This document shows positions 19,107 to 27,702 of a stretch of DNA of 64,000 nt, piece after piece (the stretch's first letter is position 1; each line of letters opens with the position of its first letter). The stretch lies in contig DAHXMW010000010.1 in assembly GCA_027371545.1 (NCBI GenBank), forward strand, positions 2,697 through 66,696. The letters run 5' to 3'. Both the position numbers and the translations under genes were made by a program. Source of the stretch: Candidatus Micrarchaeota archaeon. GTDB taxonomy: Archaea > Micrarchaeota > Micrarchaeia > Micrarchaeales > CABMGC01. The notes beneath the pieces were generated by a model that was not told the origin of the DNA, did no database searches, and was given only the letters and a program-made list of their open reading frames with translations.

Positions 19107-20417
19107 TTGAGGTTCGGCTTTTTCGGGGCTGCAGGAGAGGTTGGAAGGAGCTGCATAATGGCAGAGAGCGAAGGCGCGAGGCTGCTACTGGATTCAGGCA
19201 TCAAACTGGGCAGGCAGATAGAGTATCCGACAATAGATACGGAGACGCTTTCTAAAGTAGATGCAATACTTATCTCGCATGCGCACCTCGACCATTCTGG
19301 ATTCATCCCGCATCTTATAGACATGGGCTACCGTGGCCCTATTTACGCCACAAAGCCCACGCACGAGCTCACCAATGTCCTTATAAGCGACTATATGCGG
19401 ATCTCGAAGCCCGAAGGAATAAGCGAGGAGCACATTAAGCTTATGCAGAAGCAGTCCAGGATAGTCGAGTATGGAAAGGACTTGGTCATAAAGGATATGC
19501 ATGTCAGATTCATCCCTGCCGGGCATATACTAGGTAGCGCGATGATGGAGATCAGCGATGGTAAAAAGAAGGTAATTTATACGGGTGATATAAACCTGAG
19601 GAAGACGCGGCTTCTCAACCCGGGAAGGCTGGAAAACACTAGCGCAGACATACTTGTAACCGAGAGCACGTATGGCGGTACTGGAGATGTATTCCCAATG
19701 GAGAAGACCACAGTTGAGGAGATGCTGAAGAGCATAAAGGAGACAGCAGATACCGGAGGCAAGATAGTCATACCAAGCTTTGCCGTAGGAAGGGCGCAGG
19801 AAGTGCTCCTGCTCCTTGATGATTATATGCGCTCGGGGCGCATACCGAAGATGCCCATCTATATAGACGGAATGATAAACAAGGCAATGAGGATACACAG
19901 ACATAATGTTATATACTGCAGGAAAGAGCTTCAGCAGCGTATTCTAATGAATGAAGAAGATCCTTTCAAGAGCCCGAATTTCTACATTGTAAAGGAGAAG
20001 GGTGAGAGGAGGAGCATAATAAAGGGGGACGAGGCTGCCATAGTGGTAACGACCAGTGGCATGATTACCGGGGGACCGATAATGAAGTACCTCGAGTACA
20101 TGGCTGAAGACGAGAGGAACAAGCTAATAATAGTGGGGTACCAGGCGGAGGGAACCATAGGAAGGGCCTTGGCCGATGGTGCCAAGGAGATAGTGCTCGA
20201 CGGGCGCAAGTATCAGATACGCATGTCAGTTGCAAAGTTCCATCTCTCTGCACATGCTGATAGGGCGCAGCTGCTTGATATGATAAATAAGATAAACGGC
20301 CTGAAGAGCATATTCCTGGTCCATGGTGAGGCAAAGAAAGCAGGCGAGCTCAATGATGCCCTCAAAGGAGATTATGAATCCAGGGTTCCTGAGCTGAGAA
20401 GCGTATATGAAGCCTGA
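19107..20417 (+). CDS. Metallo-beta-lactamase/beta-CASP ribonuclease (aCPSF2/RNase J-like, no KH domains)
   Basis: FFGAAGEVGRSCIM, the HAHLDHSG motif, TESTYGG and a C-terminal ...LSAHADRAQLL...VHGE beta-CASP motif. TTG start. Confidence 0.8.
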   Translation: MRFGFFGAAGEVGRSCIMAESEGARLLLDSGIKLGRQIEYPTIDTETLSKVDAILISHAHLDHSGFIPHLIDMGYRGPIYATKPTHELTNVLISDYMRISKPEGISEEHIKLMQKQSRIVEYGKDLVIKDMHVRFIPAGHILGSAMMEISDGKKKVIYTGDINLRKTRLLNPGRLENTSADILVTESTYGGTGDVFPMEKTTVEEMLKSIKETADTGGKIVIPSFAVGRAQEVLLLLDDYMRSGRIPKMPIYIDGMINKAMRIHRHNVIYCRKELQQRILMNEEDPFKSPNFYIVKEKGERRSIIKGDEAAIVVTTSGMITGGPIMKYLEYMAEDERNKLIIVGYQAEGTIGRALADGAKEIVLDGRKYQIRMSVAKFHLSAHADRAQLLDMINKINGLKSIFLVHGEAKKAGELNDALKGDYESRVPELRSVYEA

Positions 20418-20418
20418 T

Positions 20419-20718
20419 TTATTTCGTTATTCTGAATCCTTCAGCTTCGCTGAATTCATATGCAAGATCAAACTTATCTGGAGGGGACTTGAATGTCTCT
20501 ATCTTCTTTACTTCCGGTCCGTGAGGAATTGAAATGTCTATTGCGCTGATGAACTTGTCCAGTTCCGCTTCGGGACCTGATGCAGCGATCAGCACACTCC
20601 CGTCAGCTGCATTCTTCACTGCACCTGATATGTGCATCCTGCTGGCTATAGATTTAACGAATGCCCTGTATCCTACACCCTGAACGAAGCCATGCACTAT
20701 TAGAAAAATCTTCGGCAT
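20419..20718 (-). CDS. acyP: Acylphosphatase
   Basis: 99 aa. The VHGFVQGVGYRAFV signature is near the N-terminus. Confidence 0.85.
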   Translation of the reverse strand: MPKIFLIVHGFVQGVGYRAFVKSIASRMHISGAVKNAADGSVLIAASGPEAELDKFISAIDISIPHGPEVKKIETFKSPPDKFDLAYEFSEAEGFRITK

Positions 20719-20755
20719 TTCATCAGTATTTGGCTGCCCTGCATTGCTTTATTTA

Positions 20756-20828
20756 TGCGATTGCCGGGATTTGAACCCGGGTTATTGGCTTGGAAAGCCA
20801 AAGTCCTACCAGGCTAGACTACAATCGC
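20756..20828 (-). tRNA. tRNA-Gly (UCC)
   Basis: Reverse complement reads GCGATTG-TA-GTCT-AGCCTGGT-AGGAC-T-TTGGC-TTTCCAA-GCCAA-TAAC-CCGGG-TTCAAAT-CCCGG-CAATCGC-A. All stems pair. Confidence 0.85.
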
Positions 20829-20857
20829 TTCATCGCATATTAAGGTATAAAAATATT

Positions 20858-20875
20858 AATACTTACTGCACGTGC
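20858..20875. repeat. Copy 1 of an exact 18-bp direct repeat AATACTTACTGCACGTGC
   Basis: Identical to 22164..22181. On the minus strand it covers the last three codons (His-Val-Gln), the stop and 6 nt of 3' flank of the antiporter gene. It contains the 8-bp palindrome GCACGTGC. Confidence 0.9.
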
Positions 20876-22119
20876 GCAACTGCCGCCTGCTGCGCCTGCT
20901 CTATCTTTGCCTCTATCCTCTTCTGCTTTATCGAGAAATAAAGCGACGATATGCTATTGAATAGTATAGTAAGTATTATCACAGTGAATATGATGTTTAT
21001 GAACTGGCTTGTGCCTGCAATGCCATATGCCAATGGAAGAGTTGCAAGGACTCCTGCACCCATTCCCCTAGACACCATATAAGATATCTGGAACTTCTCA
21101 TCATCATTATACTGCGATTTCATTAGTGCTACAGGTGTGCCTATAAAGCGTGCGATTATCAATGCCGCGGTTATTGCAACGCCTATCAGGAAAGAGTAGG
21201 GGTTCGAGAAGGAAACAAGGCCGCCCAGATATACAAAGAAGAATGCGCCTGTGAAGAATGTTACGAGGCTGTTAAACCGTTTGGACTCCTTGCTAAGCGT
21301 GAAATTCTTGGTATTCTCGTATTTCATCTCCTTGTATATGGTCTCCCCGTTTGCAAGTATAATACCGAATACAAGCGCGGCTATTGGCCCGCTTCCATTT
21401 ATGTACTGGACTAATATGAATATGATGAATGCAGCAGCTATTGATCCTGCGTATGAATATTCATATCTGTTTGTCTGCAGATATCCCATAATAGGAACCC
21501 ATACTATCCCAGCAAGGGCACCGAATACTATCGCTATCGAGAAGTTGGCAGCGACTGTTGATACCACAAATCCTATGCTGTAGTTGTTAAGGATAATTAT
21601 GTTTATTATCGCAAGGGTAAGAACTATGCCTATAGGATCAGTAAGTATCGATTCTACAGTGACTAGGTTTTTGCTCTGTGAGGACATTGGGGCGCTTTTC
21701 GATATTATTGGTATTACCGCGGCGCTGGTTCCACCGACGATCACTCCCATTAGAATTGCATCAACTTGACTGAAGCCAAAAGCGTACATTGCTATTGCAG
21801 TAAGCAATGCGGATACTACAAAATTAACAACTGCAAGTATTGTAGTCTGGGAGAGGGATCTAACAAACTGGTATATGTTAAGCCTCAACCCTGCGTTGAA
21901 TATTATTATTAGCAGTACCAGAGTAGAGACTATAGGGCTGAGGCTTATAAGAAGAGAGGCTGGCAAGATCCCAAGAACAGGACCGAGGATTATCCCGAAT
22001 GCCAAAAGCCACACTATTGAAGGCAGACCTGTCTTCCTGGCTATTATGTCCCCGATAAACCCTATTACTACGACTCCGGCTATTCCAGCGGAGTATATGT
22101 CTATTGATGAAGTAATCAA
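20863..22119 (-). CDS. Cation/proton antiporter (Na+/H+ exchanger family)
   Basis: 418 aa and almost entirely hydrophobic, with 10 or more predicted TM segments and Gly/Ile/Ala-rich helices typical of CPA-type exchangers. No soluble domain. Confidence 0.65.
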   Translation of the reverse strand: MITSSIDIYSAGIAGVVVIGFIGDIIARKTGLPSIVWLLAFGIILGPVLGILPASLLISLSPIVSTLVLLIIIFNAGLRLNIYQFVRSLSQTTILAVVNFVVSALLTAIAMYAFGFSQVDAILMGVIVGGTSAAVIPIISKSAPMSSQSKNLVTVESILTDPIGIVLTLAIINIIILNNYSIGFVVSTVAANFSIAIVFGALAGIVWVPIMGYLQTNRYEYSYAGSIAAAFIIFILVQYINGSGPIAALVFGIILANGETIYKEMKYENTKNFTLSKESKRFNSLVTFFTGAFFFVYLGGLVSFSNPYSFLIGVAITAALIIARFIGTPVALMKSQYNDDEKFQISYMVSRGMGAGVLATLPLAYGIAGTSQFINIIFTVIILTILFNSISSLYFSIKQKRIEAKIEQAQQAAVAHVQ

Positions 22120-22163
22120 ACGTGAACACCGTTTTTAAGTATTTGTAAGATTTGGAAACTTTA

Positions 22164-22181
22164 AATACTTACTGCACGTGC
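22164..22181. repeat. Copy 2 of an exact 18-bp direct repeat AATACTTACTGCACGTGC
   Basis: Identical to 20858..20875. On the minus strand it covers the last three codons (His-Val-Gln), the stop and 3' flank of the methyltransferase gene. Confidence 0.9.
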
Positions 22182-22930
22182 TTTTTCTCAGGTTCTTTTT
22201 TTATTATTGCGGTGTACAGGCCATTTTTGGCGAAATCTTGCGAATTGATAAACTTATGCACTTTCCATCCGGTGCCCTTCAGTATTTCTTTCATCTCTTT
22301 CTTTGATACGTATAATAAATCAAACCATTCTGTAGAGTATTGCATGAATCTCACTCTTACTCTAAGCTGACCTGGCATCCTGCCCATTTTCCTGTTTGAT
22401 TTATGATATAGTAAATGAAAAGGATTGTCAGTAATGTAAGGATCTCTGTTTCCAGCAATTATTAATGCATCTTCTGTGGTTATTTTATGCATTGTTCTTA
22501 GTAACTGCTTTGCTTTTTTTACATTTGATAACAGGCTAAAATTGTTACCGAACATTATTATGGAGTTAAAGTAGTTCTTCCTGAATGATTTTATCTTTGC
22601 TAGTTCGCAAACCTTTGCGTTTACAACTCCTCTCATTTTGCATACTTTTATTGCTAAAGGTGAATTGTCTATTCCTAAACAATAAATGCCCTTTTCTTGT
22701 AGATATAATGGTACTCTTCCTGCGCCGCAGCCTATATCGAGGCATTTCCCTTTGGCAAGTTTTATGGATTCTTTTTCGCATTTGTCCCACTGATTGTATT
22801 CGGCCAAGTAGACTTTTTCATATCCAGATACATTTATGTATCCATCATCTCGCTCAACTACATCGAAACTTGTAAGTCCATTAAATGCATTCCATATTAT
22901 ATGCCCATATGCGTCATTGAATCTGTTCAT
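22169..22930 (-). CDS. Class I SAM-dependent methyltransferase
   Basis: Motif I is CLDIGCGAGRVPLYL, followed by GIDNSP (motif II region). AT-rich gene. Confidence 0.7.
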   Translation of the reverse strand: MNRFNDAYGHIIWNAFNGLTSFDVVERDDGYINVSGYEKVYLAEYNQWDKCEKESIKLAKGKCLDIGCGAGRVPLYLQEKGIYCLGIDNSPLAIKVCKMRGVVNAKVCELAKIKSFRKNYFNSIIMFGNNFSLLSNVKKAKQLLRTMHKITTEDALIIAGNRDPYITDNPFHLLYHKSNRKMGRMPGQLRVRVRFMQYSTEWFDLLYVSKKEMKEILKGTGWKVHKFINSQDFAKNGLYTAIIKKEPEKKHVQ

Positions 22931-23069
22931 TTCGCACCTTTTACAGATTAACCATTAGTTTAAGTAAGCGTTTATAAACATATATAATTATACGATAAGT
23001 GGTGATGCTGTGGATGGTGCATATTAGGTTCGGATTTTCTATTTTGTTTTTTGAATATTAAGTTAAATT

Positions 23070-24458
23070 CTAATACTTTTTAAGTTCTGTCGGCTTTATT
23101 TTATTTAGTTTTATGAGTAGTTTATAGGCGTTTGAATACATATTATCGAACCTCCTATAACATAATGTACCAGTAATAATTTTTGTTACTATAAGACTTT
23201 TGACTATGCTTCCTTCTAGATCTTTTTCTACTTTCTTAGTAAATAAATCTAGATTTCCTTCAGAAGTAATTGGTAGGAAGGATATTGCTCCATTTGTAGG
23301 GGCACCTATATTCCCAAGTAATGAATATTTGTTTAGTACTTTATCGTATTGAATTTCGTCCTGTAATAATTTATAGCGGTTTTCTTTTATTTTGCTATAA
23401 TCTATGTTTGAGATAAGGATTACACCAATATAATTTGCACCGGTTTTTGTAGCCGATATAGTTGTTCTAACAATTACTCCACTTTCTTGAAGTGTTTGGT
23501 AGGCGTAGCGCGATGTACCTTTACCCATATTATATATCTTATCCAGCTCTGTAAAGTTTATAGAACTGTTCTTATTTAGTTCTTTTATTATGTTATATTC
23601 TCTGATTTTAAGTTGGTTTTTTTCTGGTTTTTTTGCATCTTTTGATTTGAACCAAACTTTATCGCTTAGTATATGGGTTATAAATTGGTCTCTAATTGGA
23701 ACGAAGGAATATGCTTGTGCAAAATACGTTAAGATCCATTGTGCTTTGTATTTGTCAAATGGTGTTTTAGATCTAAGTGTAACTAAATTTTCGTGAGCTT
23801 TTACATGATCTTCATCAATAAGATACATAATCAAGTCATAGTCTCCCTTGGTTATTACAGCGAATTGGATTCTTGGTTCATTAGATATTGCTTCTTCCAA
23901 CTCATTTTGAGTTGGTATGTTCCCTTCAAATTTTATTAGAACTAAATATTGTAGATAGCCGAGCCTCTCTATGTTTAATTCTAATATATATTTCATACCC
24001 AATTCTTTTTCTAAAGACTTGATGTGATAATATACCTTTTGTTTGTTAATCCCGCAGATTTCTGCAAGCCTTGAGGCAGGGATCCTTGCGTTCATGCTTA
24101 ATGCCGTGAGAATCTTGAGATCTGTTTCTTTGAGGTTTAATTTGTTTTCTTCTGCGTGATAAACCTTTGGATTTGTTTGCTTAGAATGCCATATTACTTC
24201 TCCGCCGTTTTCCTCTATGAGTGCCTTTGCTGCCTCTAGATCCTCCTTAGCCGAATGCGCCTTCTTTAGATATCTCCCATCATCTGTTATCCTGCCCAGA
24301 TATTCCGATATGGTCTTGTGCTTCTTCTGCTCTTTGGCCCATATTCCCATTTCCTTGTATACGTAATATCTTCCGGATATTTTCTTCAGGCTTATATTAA
24401 ATGGGTAGAGGGATTTGAGCTCTTTGAATTTTTTTATTATAATGGCGTTGGCTTCCAT
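23070..24458 (-). CDS. Transcription regulator with two tandem Lrp/AsnC-like modules (wHTH + RAM-like) behind an unknown N-terminal domain
   Basis: Module 1 is LKETDLKILTALSMNARIPASRLAEICGINKQKVYYHIKSLEKE followed by YLVLIKFEGN...FAVITKGDYDLIMYL. Module 2 is REYNIIKELNKNSSINFTELDKIYNMGKGTSRYAYQTLQESGVI followed by IGVILISN.... The gene is very AT-rich. Confidence 0.6.
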   Translation of the reverse strand: MEANAIIIKKFKELKSLYPFNISLKKISGRYYVYKEMGIWAKEQKKHKTISEYLGRITDDGRYLKKAHSAKEDLEAAKALIEENGGEVIWHSKQTNPKVYHAEENKLNLKETDLKILTALSMNARIPASRLAEICGINKQKVYYHIKSLEKELGMKYILELNIERLGYLQYLVLIKFEGNIPTQNELEEAISNEPRIQFAVITKGDYDLIMYLIDEDHVKAHENLVTLRSKTPFDKYKAQWILTYFAQAYSFVPIRDQFITHILSDKVWFKSKDAKKPEKNQLKIREYNIIKELNKNSSINFTELDKIYNMGKGTSRYAYQTLQESGVIVRTTISATKTGANYIGVILISNIDYSKIKENRYKLLQDEIQYDKVLNKYSLLGNIGAPTNGAISFLPITSEGNLDLFTKKVEKDLEGSIVKSLIVTKIITGTLCYRRFDNMYSNAYKLLIKLNKIKPTELKKY

Positions 24459-24467
24459 TCAGGCACT

Positions 24468-24533
24468 CTATACGTTATATAACATATCATTTATTTATAA
24501 TACTATACGTTAATTTTACCTTTGAATAACGTA
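24468..24533. promoter_or_regulatory. Three copies of a TACGTTA core in a divergent promoter region (candidate operator)
   Basis: CTATACGTTA occurs at 24468..24477 and again at 24503..24512. The inverted copy TAACGTA is at 24527..24533. The region lies between the divergent tandem-Lrp gene (start 24458) and the small RAM-domain gene (start 24829). Confidence 0.3.
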
Positions 24534-24828
24534 ATTTATCTGGATTAATGTGTAAGAATGATGTAGATATATGATGCGTAGAGCCATCCTGCAGCGTATT
24601 TGCCAGATTAAATTTAAATATAAAGGCAGCGTATAGTTAGGTGGGAGTTGGATGCGGGGAATCACGTATTCTTCTATATCTGATATGCAAGCGTATTATA
24701 GCAATGCACTACCACACCCCTTCTAAGTTGTGTTTGCTACTTTTAGCCATATTGGATTCCCATCCTCTCCCAAATGCTTACTCTTTGCGGAGGATTTCAG
24801 CGATGGCATTTATGCGTAGGTGAGAACT

Positions 24829-25095
24829 ATGGGGAATAATAGAGCGAAACGGCAGAATAACGGTTGCAGGTTCTTTTTGGTGCAGCCTGGGAGCAATAAC
24901 GACGTTAGTGCTACCGCGAGGAGACTAATTGAAATAGAAAATATAAAAGAAGTGCATGTGACAACCGGAGACTTCGGGTTCGTGGTTAGGGCCGATGTGG
25001 ATGAAGTCTCTGCTGGAGCGGTGCAGAAAAAGATTATGAAGCTTACAGATGGCAAGGCATCCTCGGTTGCCTCCTGCATGAAGTATGTAAAGTAA
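24829..25095 (+). CDS. Stand-alone Lrp/AsnC ligand-binding (RAM) domain protein
   Basis: FFLVQPGSNNDVSATARRLIEIENIKEVHVTTGDFGFVVRADVD matches the beta-alpha-beta-beta-alpha-beta RAM pattern of small Lrp-like proteins. The start was set at ATG 24829. Confidence 0.55.
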   Translation: MGNNRAKRQNNGCRFFLVQPGSNNDVSATARRLIEIENIKEVHVTTGDFGFVVRADVDEVSAGAVQKKIMKLTDGKASSVASCMKYVK

Positions 25096-25097
25096 AG

Positions 25098-25170
25098 TGC
25101 GATCGCCGGGATTTGAACCCGGGTTACTGCCTTGGCAAGGCAATGTCCTACCAGGCTAGACTACGATCGC
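25098..25170 (-). tRNA. tRNA-Gly (GCC)
   Basis: Reverse complement reads GCGATCG-TA-GTCT-AGCCTGGT-AGGAC-A-TTGCC-TTGCCAA-GGCAG-TAAC-CCGGG-TTCAAAT-CCCGG-CGATCGC-A. The D and T arms are identical to those of tRNA-Gly(UCC). Confidence 0.85.
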
Positions 25171-25241
25171 ACAGATTTATCTTAATGAATCGTCATTTAT
25201 AAATCCGTTTGCATTGATCTGTGCTTGCAGTGGCCGTTTGG

Positions 25242-25796
25242 TTATCTTGCACGCTTGTGGGATGGTTTCCGTGCGGTGCGCAACTTTCCCGGCATGCCCA
25301 TCTCTATGAGCATGCGCGTAACCCTTGCCTTTATCCTTTTGTCAATCTTTATTATTGACATGCCCTTGCCCCTTAATCCATATGCCACTATGGATCCGTT
25401 ACTTGCAAATATTATGCATGGCATTGCAGCAAGGTCCTCTTCCCCCTTTACTTCTATCGCAGCATAGTCTCCGCGCTTGATGCTTCTCTCTATCAGGTTG
25501 AAGAGCCCCTTTGTTATCTTCCCTGGTGGATTTAGTATTCTTAAAGGCCTGGGAAATTTCTCTTTTATTAAGGGAAAGTCTGCCTTTGCGCGGGCTGTAG
25601 AGTTGTCGAATATTGATAGCTTAGGCATGTATCCGCACGACAGGAGGGTATTTACAGTAACGTCACCTACTGCGTATATCTCTTTGTTTCTCCCTATAGC
25701 TTTCATTATTGAGCGCTTAGACCTACACAGAGTATATCTGCCTGCGCCAAGCTCTGCCCTGAGTTTATCGGGGAGCACAAGATCCTTTCTTATCAT
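25242..25796 (-). CDS. DUF359-type GTP-dependent dephospho-CoA kinase (archaeal)
   Basis: AVGDVTVNTLL, SIFDNSTAR and VKGEEDLAAMPCIIFASNGSIVAYGLRGKGMSII follow the conserved DUF359/COG1909 layout as I recall it. Confidence 0.6.
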   Translation of the reverse strand: MIRKDLVLPDKLRAELGAGRYTLCRSKRSIMKAIGRNKEIYAVGDVTVNTLLSCGYMPKLSIFDNSTARAKADFPLIKEKFPRPLRILNPPGKITKGLFNLIERSIKRGDYAAIEVKGEEDLAAMPCIIFASNGSIVAYGLRGKGMSIIKIDKRIKARVTRMLIEMGMPGKLRTARKPSHKRAR

Positions 25797-25940
25797 GATT
25801 ATCTCTAGACTGTGCAGTTTATTTATATGTGCCCTTTTTCTTATTGGAAAGGGTGCGGTTTATTTTTTTGTCGAGGCAATTAATGGAACTGTGACCTAAT
25901 TATTTATAAGCAATTTCCAAATTCCGCAATACCTTTAAAT

Positions 25941-26255
25941 ATGAGTAAACCTTTAATGATATTCGGGGGTGGGGTAGAAATGGAATTTAGGAGTTCTGCT
26001 CTATTGTTAGCTTTGAGCAGGGCGAATGGGAACCGGAACGCAGTTGCCAGCGGAACTGGCAGCACCATAAGAGTTCTTGAGGAGAAAGCATTCTTGTTTC
26101 CTGAAGAAAGGGATAGGATACTTGAGGCATTGGAGGAATATGCAGAAGCGCACAGGGACGAAAACAGCGGCATGCTGGCACAGCGCGCGGCTGAGAGGAT
26201 AGCGGCAGTATCCATGCTCGAGGCCCTGAGCGGGGAGACGGCATTTATGGATTGA
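25941..26255 (+). CDS. Hypothetical small protein
   Basis: 104-aa ORF. Its helical, charged composition (EERDRILEALEEYAEAHRDE) looks more protein-like than the Ser/Leu/Ala-rich antisense ORF 25904..26215. I recognise no motif. Confidence 0.35.
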   Translation: MSKPLMIFGGGVEMEFRSSALLLALSRANGNRNAVASGTGSTIRVLEEKAFLFPEERDRILEALEEYAEAHRDENSGMLAQRAAERIAAVSMLEALSGETAFMD

Positions 26256-26389
26256 AGCTTGAGTGAGCAGAAGCGCAGCAGATATTTTAATATTTATCTT
26301 TCTTGCTGTTTTGCAGTGGAGTGTGCTATACTTTGTATGAATGCATTACTCTTATATTTTTAATTAAGCAGTTATTCAGCGGCGCTCTG

Positions 26390-26809
26390 ATGAAGACAGT
26401 AATGGCATTCGGCACTTTTGACGTGTTGCACCCGGGACATATTGCTTATCTTGAACAGGCAAAAAGGATGGGAGACAGATTGGTGGTTGTAGTTGCACGG
26501 GACAGCAGCGTAGCTATAATAAAGGGCAGGCGGCCTATCTTTGGGGAGAAGGAGAGGCTGGAGATAGTCTCTTCGCTAAGGGTCGTTGACAAAGCTGTTC
26601 TCGGCGCTGAGGTCAAGACCGAGGGCGGCAGATTCGGAATAATACGCAGATTCCACCCTTCAGTGATAGCCTTGGGTTATGACCAGCAGAAGAATGCAGA
26701 GACGCTTAAAGAGTGGCTGAGGAGAGAAGGAATAGGCGCGAAGGTAGTGAGAATGAAGGCGCTGAAGCCTGATACTTACAGGAGCTCTCTAATCAAGAAT
26801 AGGTTTTGA
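26390..26809 (+). CDS. ribL: Cytidylyltransferase-fold FAD synthetase (RibL-like)
   Basis: From ATG 26390 it reads MKTVMAFGTFDVLHPGHIAYLEQAKRMGDRLVVVVARDSSV...RRPIFGEKERLEIVSSLRVVDKAVLG. This closely follows the archaeal RibL pattern (GTFD.LHPGH). Confidence 0.72.
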   Translation: MKTVMAFGTFDVLHPGHIAYLEQAKRMGDRLVVVVARDSSVAIIKGRRPIFGEKERLEIVSSLRVVDKAVLGAEVKTEGGRFGIIRRFHPSVIALGYDQQKNAETLKEWLRREGIGAKVVRMKALKPDTYRSSLIKNRF

Positions 26810-26889
26810 TTCTTTCCCTGCGCTTTTCTGAAGGTTTTTATTCTTTAGCAGCCAATGGTAATTGCAATTCTTACTATTGAGAGGATATC

Positions 26890-27702
26890 ATGGATAGGAA
26901 AAGGACAATTTACATAGGCTTAGCGATTATAGTGGTTCTCGCAATTGCCTTAATAGCATCTTCATCGCTTGGAAGCGGAAACGGAGCGGCGCTTGCTGCA
27001 TATGACAACGTCAGGGTAAGTAGTGCGGTAATTAGCAATCTGAGCAGCGTTCCCAACTCTGTAAGCAATGCCGTGGGCATAAACGAGGTCAGCGATCTTC
27101 CCACAATAATAAAGAAGGGAAGCATGCTTACGGACAATGGCAAACCCGAGGTGCTTTTCATAGGCGCAGAATACTGCCCATTCTGCGCTGCGGAGAGATG
27201 GGGAATGGTGATAGCGCTGATGAGATTCGGCACATTCTCCAATCTCCATTACATGACATCAAGTCCCTCTGACGTGTTTCAAAACACGCCTACGTTCACC
27301 TTCTACAATTCTACGTATACAAGCAATTACATAACCTTCGTGCCTGTAGAGATAGAGAAGAATAAGCTTGTCAATGGTACTTATCCTACGTTGCAGACAC
27401 CGAACCAAAGCGAGAATCAGATATTTTCCACTTATAATCCATCGGGGAGCATACCTTTCATAGATTTTGCAAATAGGAGCGTGCAGATAGGTTCAAACTA
27501 CCAGCCGCCTGACGTTCTTGATGGCTACAACTGGACCCAGATATCGCATGATACCCATAATAGCTCAACTGTTCAGGCAGAGGAGGTGGTAGGCACTGCA
27601 AACCTGATTACCGCACAGATATGCGCAGTTACAAATAACACGCCGCAGAATGTCTGCAGCCAGGGTTATGTGGTCTCCGCGGAGAAGCAGCTTGGGATAT
27701 AA
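26890..27702 (+). CDS. DUF929-like membrane-anchored CxxC (thioredoxin-like) protein
   Basis: N-terminal [20 protein letters not shown] single CxxC sits in [25 protein letters not shown]. Several N-x-S/T sequons. The stop overlaps the VKOR start (TAATG). Confidence 0.6.
   Translation: MDRKRTIYIGLAIIVVLAIALIASSSLGSGNGAALAAYDNVRVSSAVISNLSSVPNSVSNAVGINEVSDLPTIIKKGSMLTDNGKPEVLFIGAEYCPFCAAERWGMVIALMRFGTFSNLHYMTSSPSDVFQNTPTFTFYNSTYTSNYITFVPVEIEKNKLVNGTYPTLQTPNQSENQIFSTYNPSGSIPFIDFANRSVQIGSNYQPPDVLDGYNWTQISHDTHNSSTVQAEEVVGTANLITAQICAVTNNTPQNVCSQGYVVSAEKQLGI

Noticed and set aside
22140-24830. Calling the low-GC island a mobile element or integrated provirus
   Set aside because: There is no integrase, transposase, terminal inverted repeat or tRNA-derived att duplication. 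The 18-bp repeat brackets the antiporter, not the island. It is reported only as a compositional island.
25904-26215. 103-aa minus-strand ORF competing with 25941..26255 (+)
   Set aside because: The Ser/Leu/Ala-rich, low-complexity translation looks like an antisense shadow. The plus-strand alternative is more protein-like, though it is itself only weakly supported.
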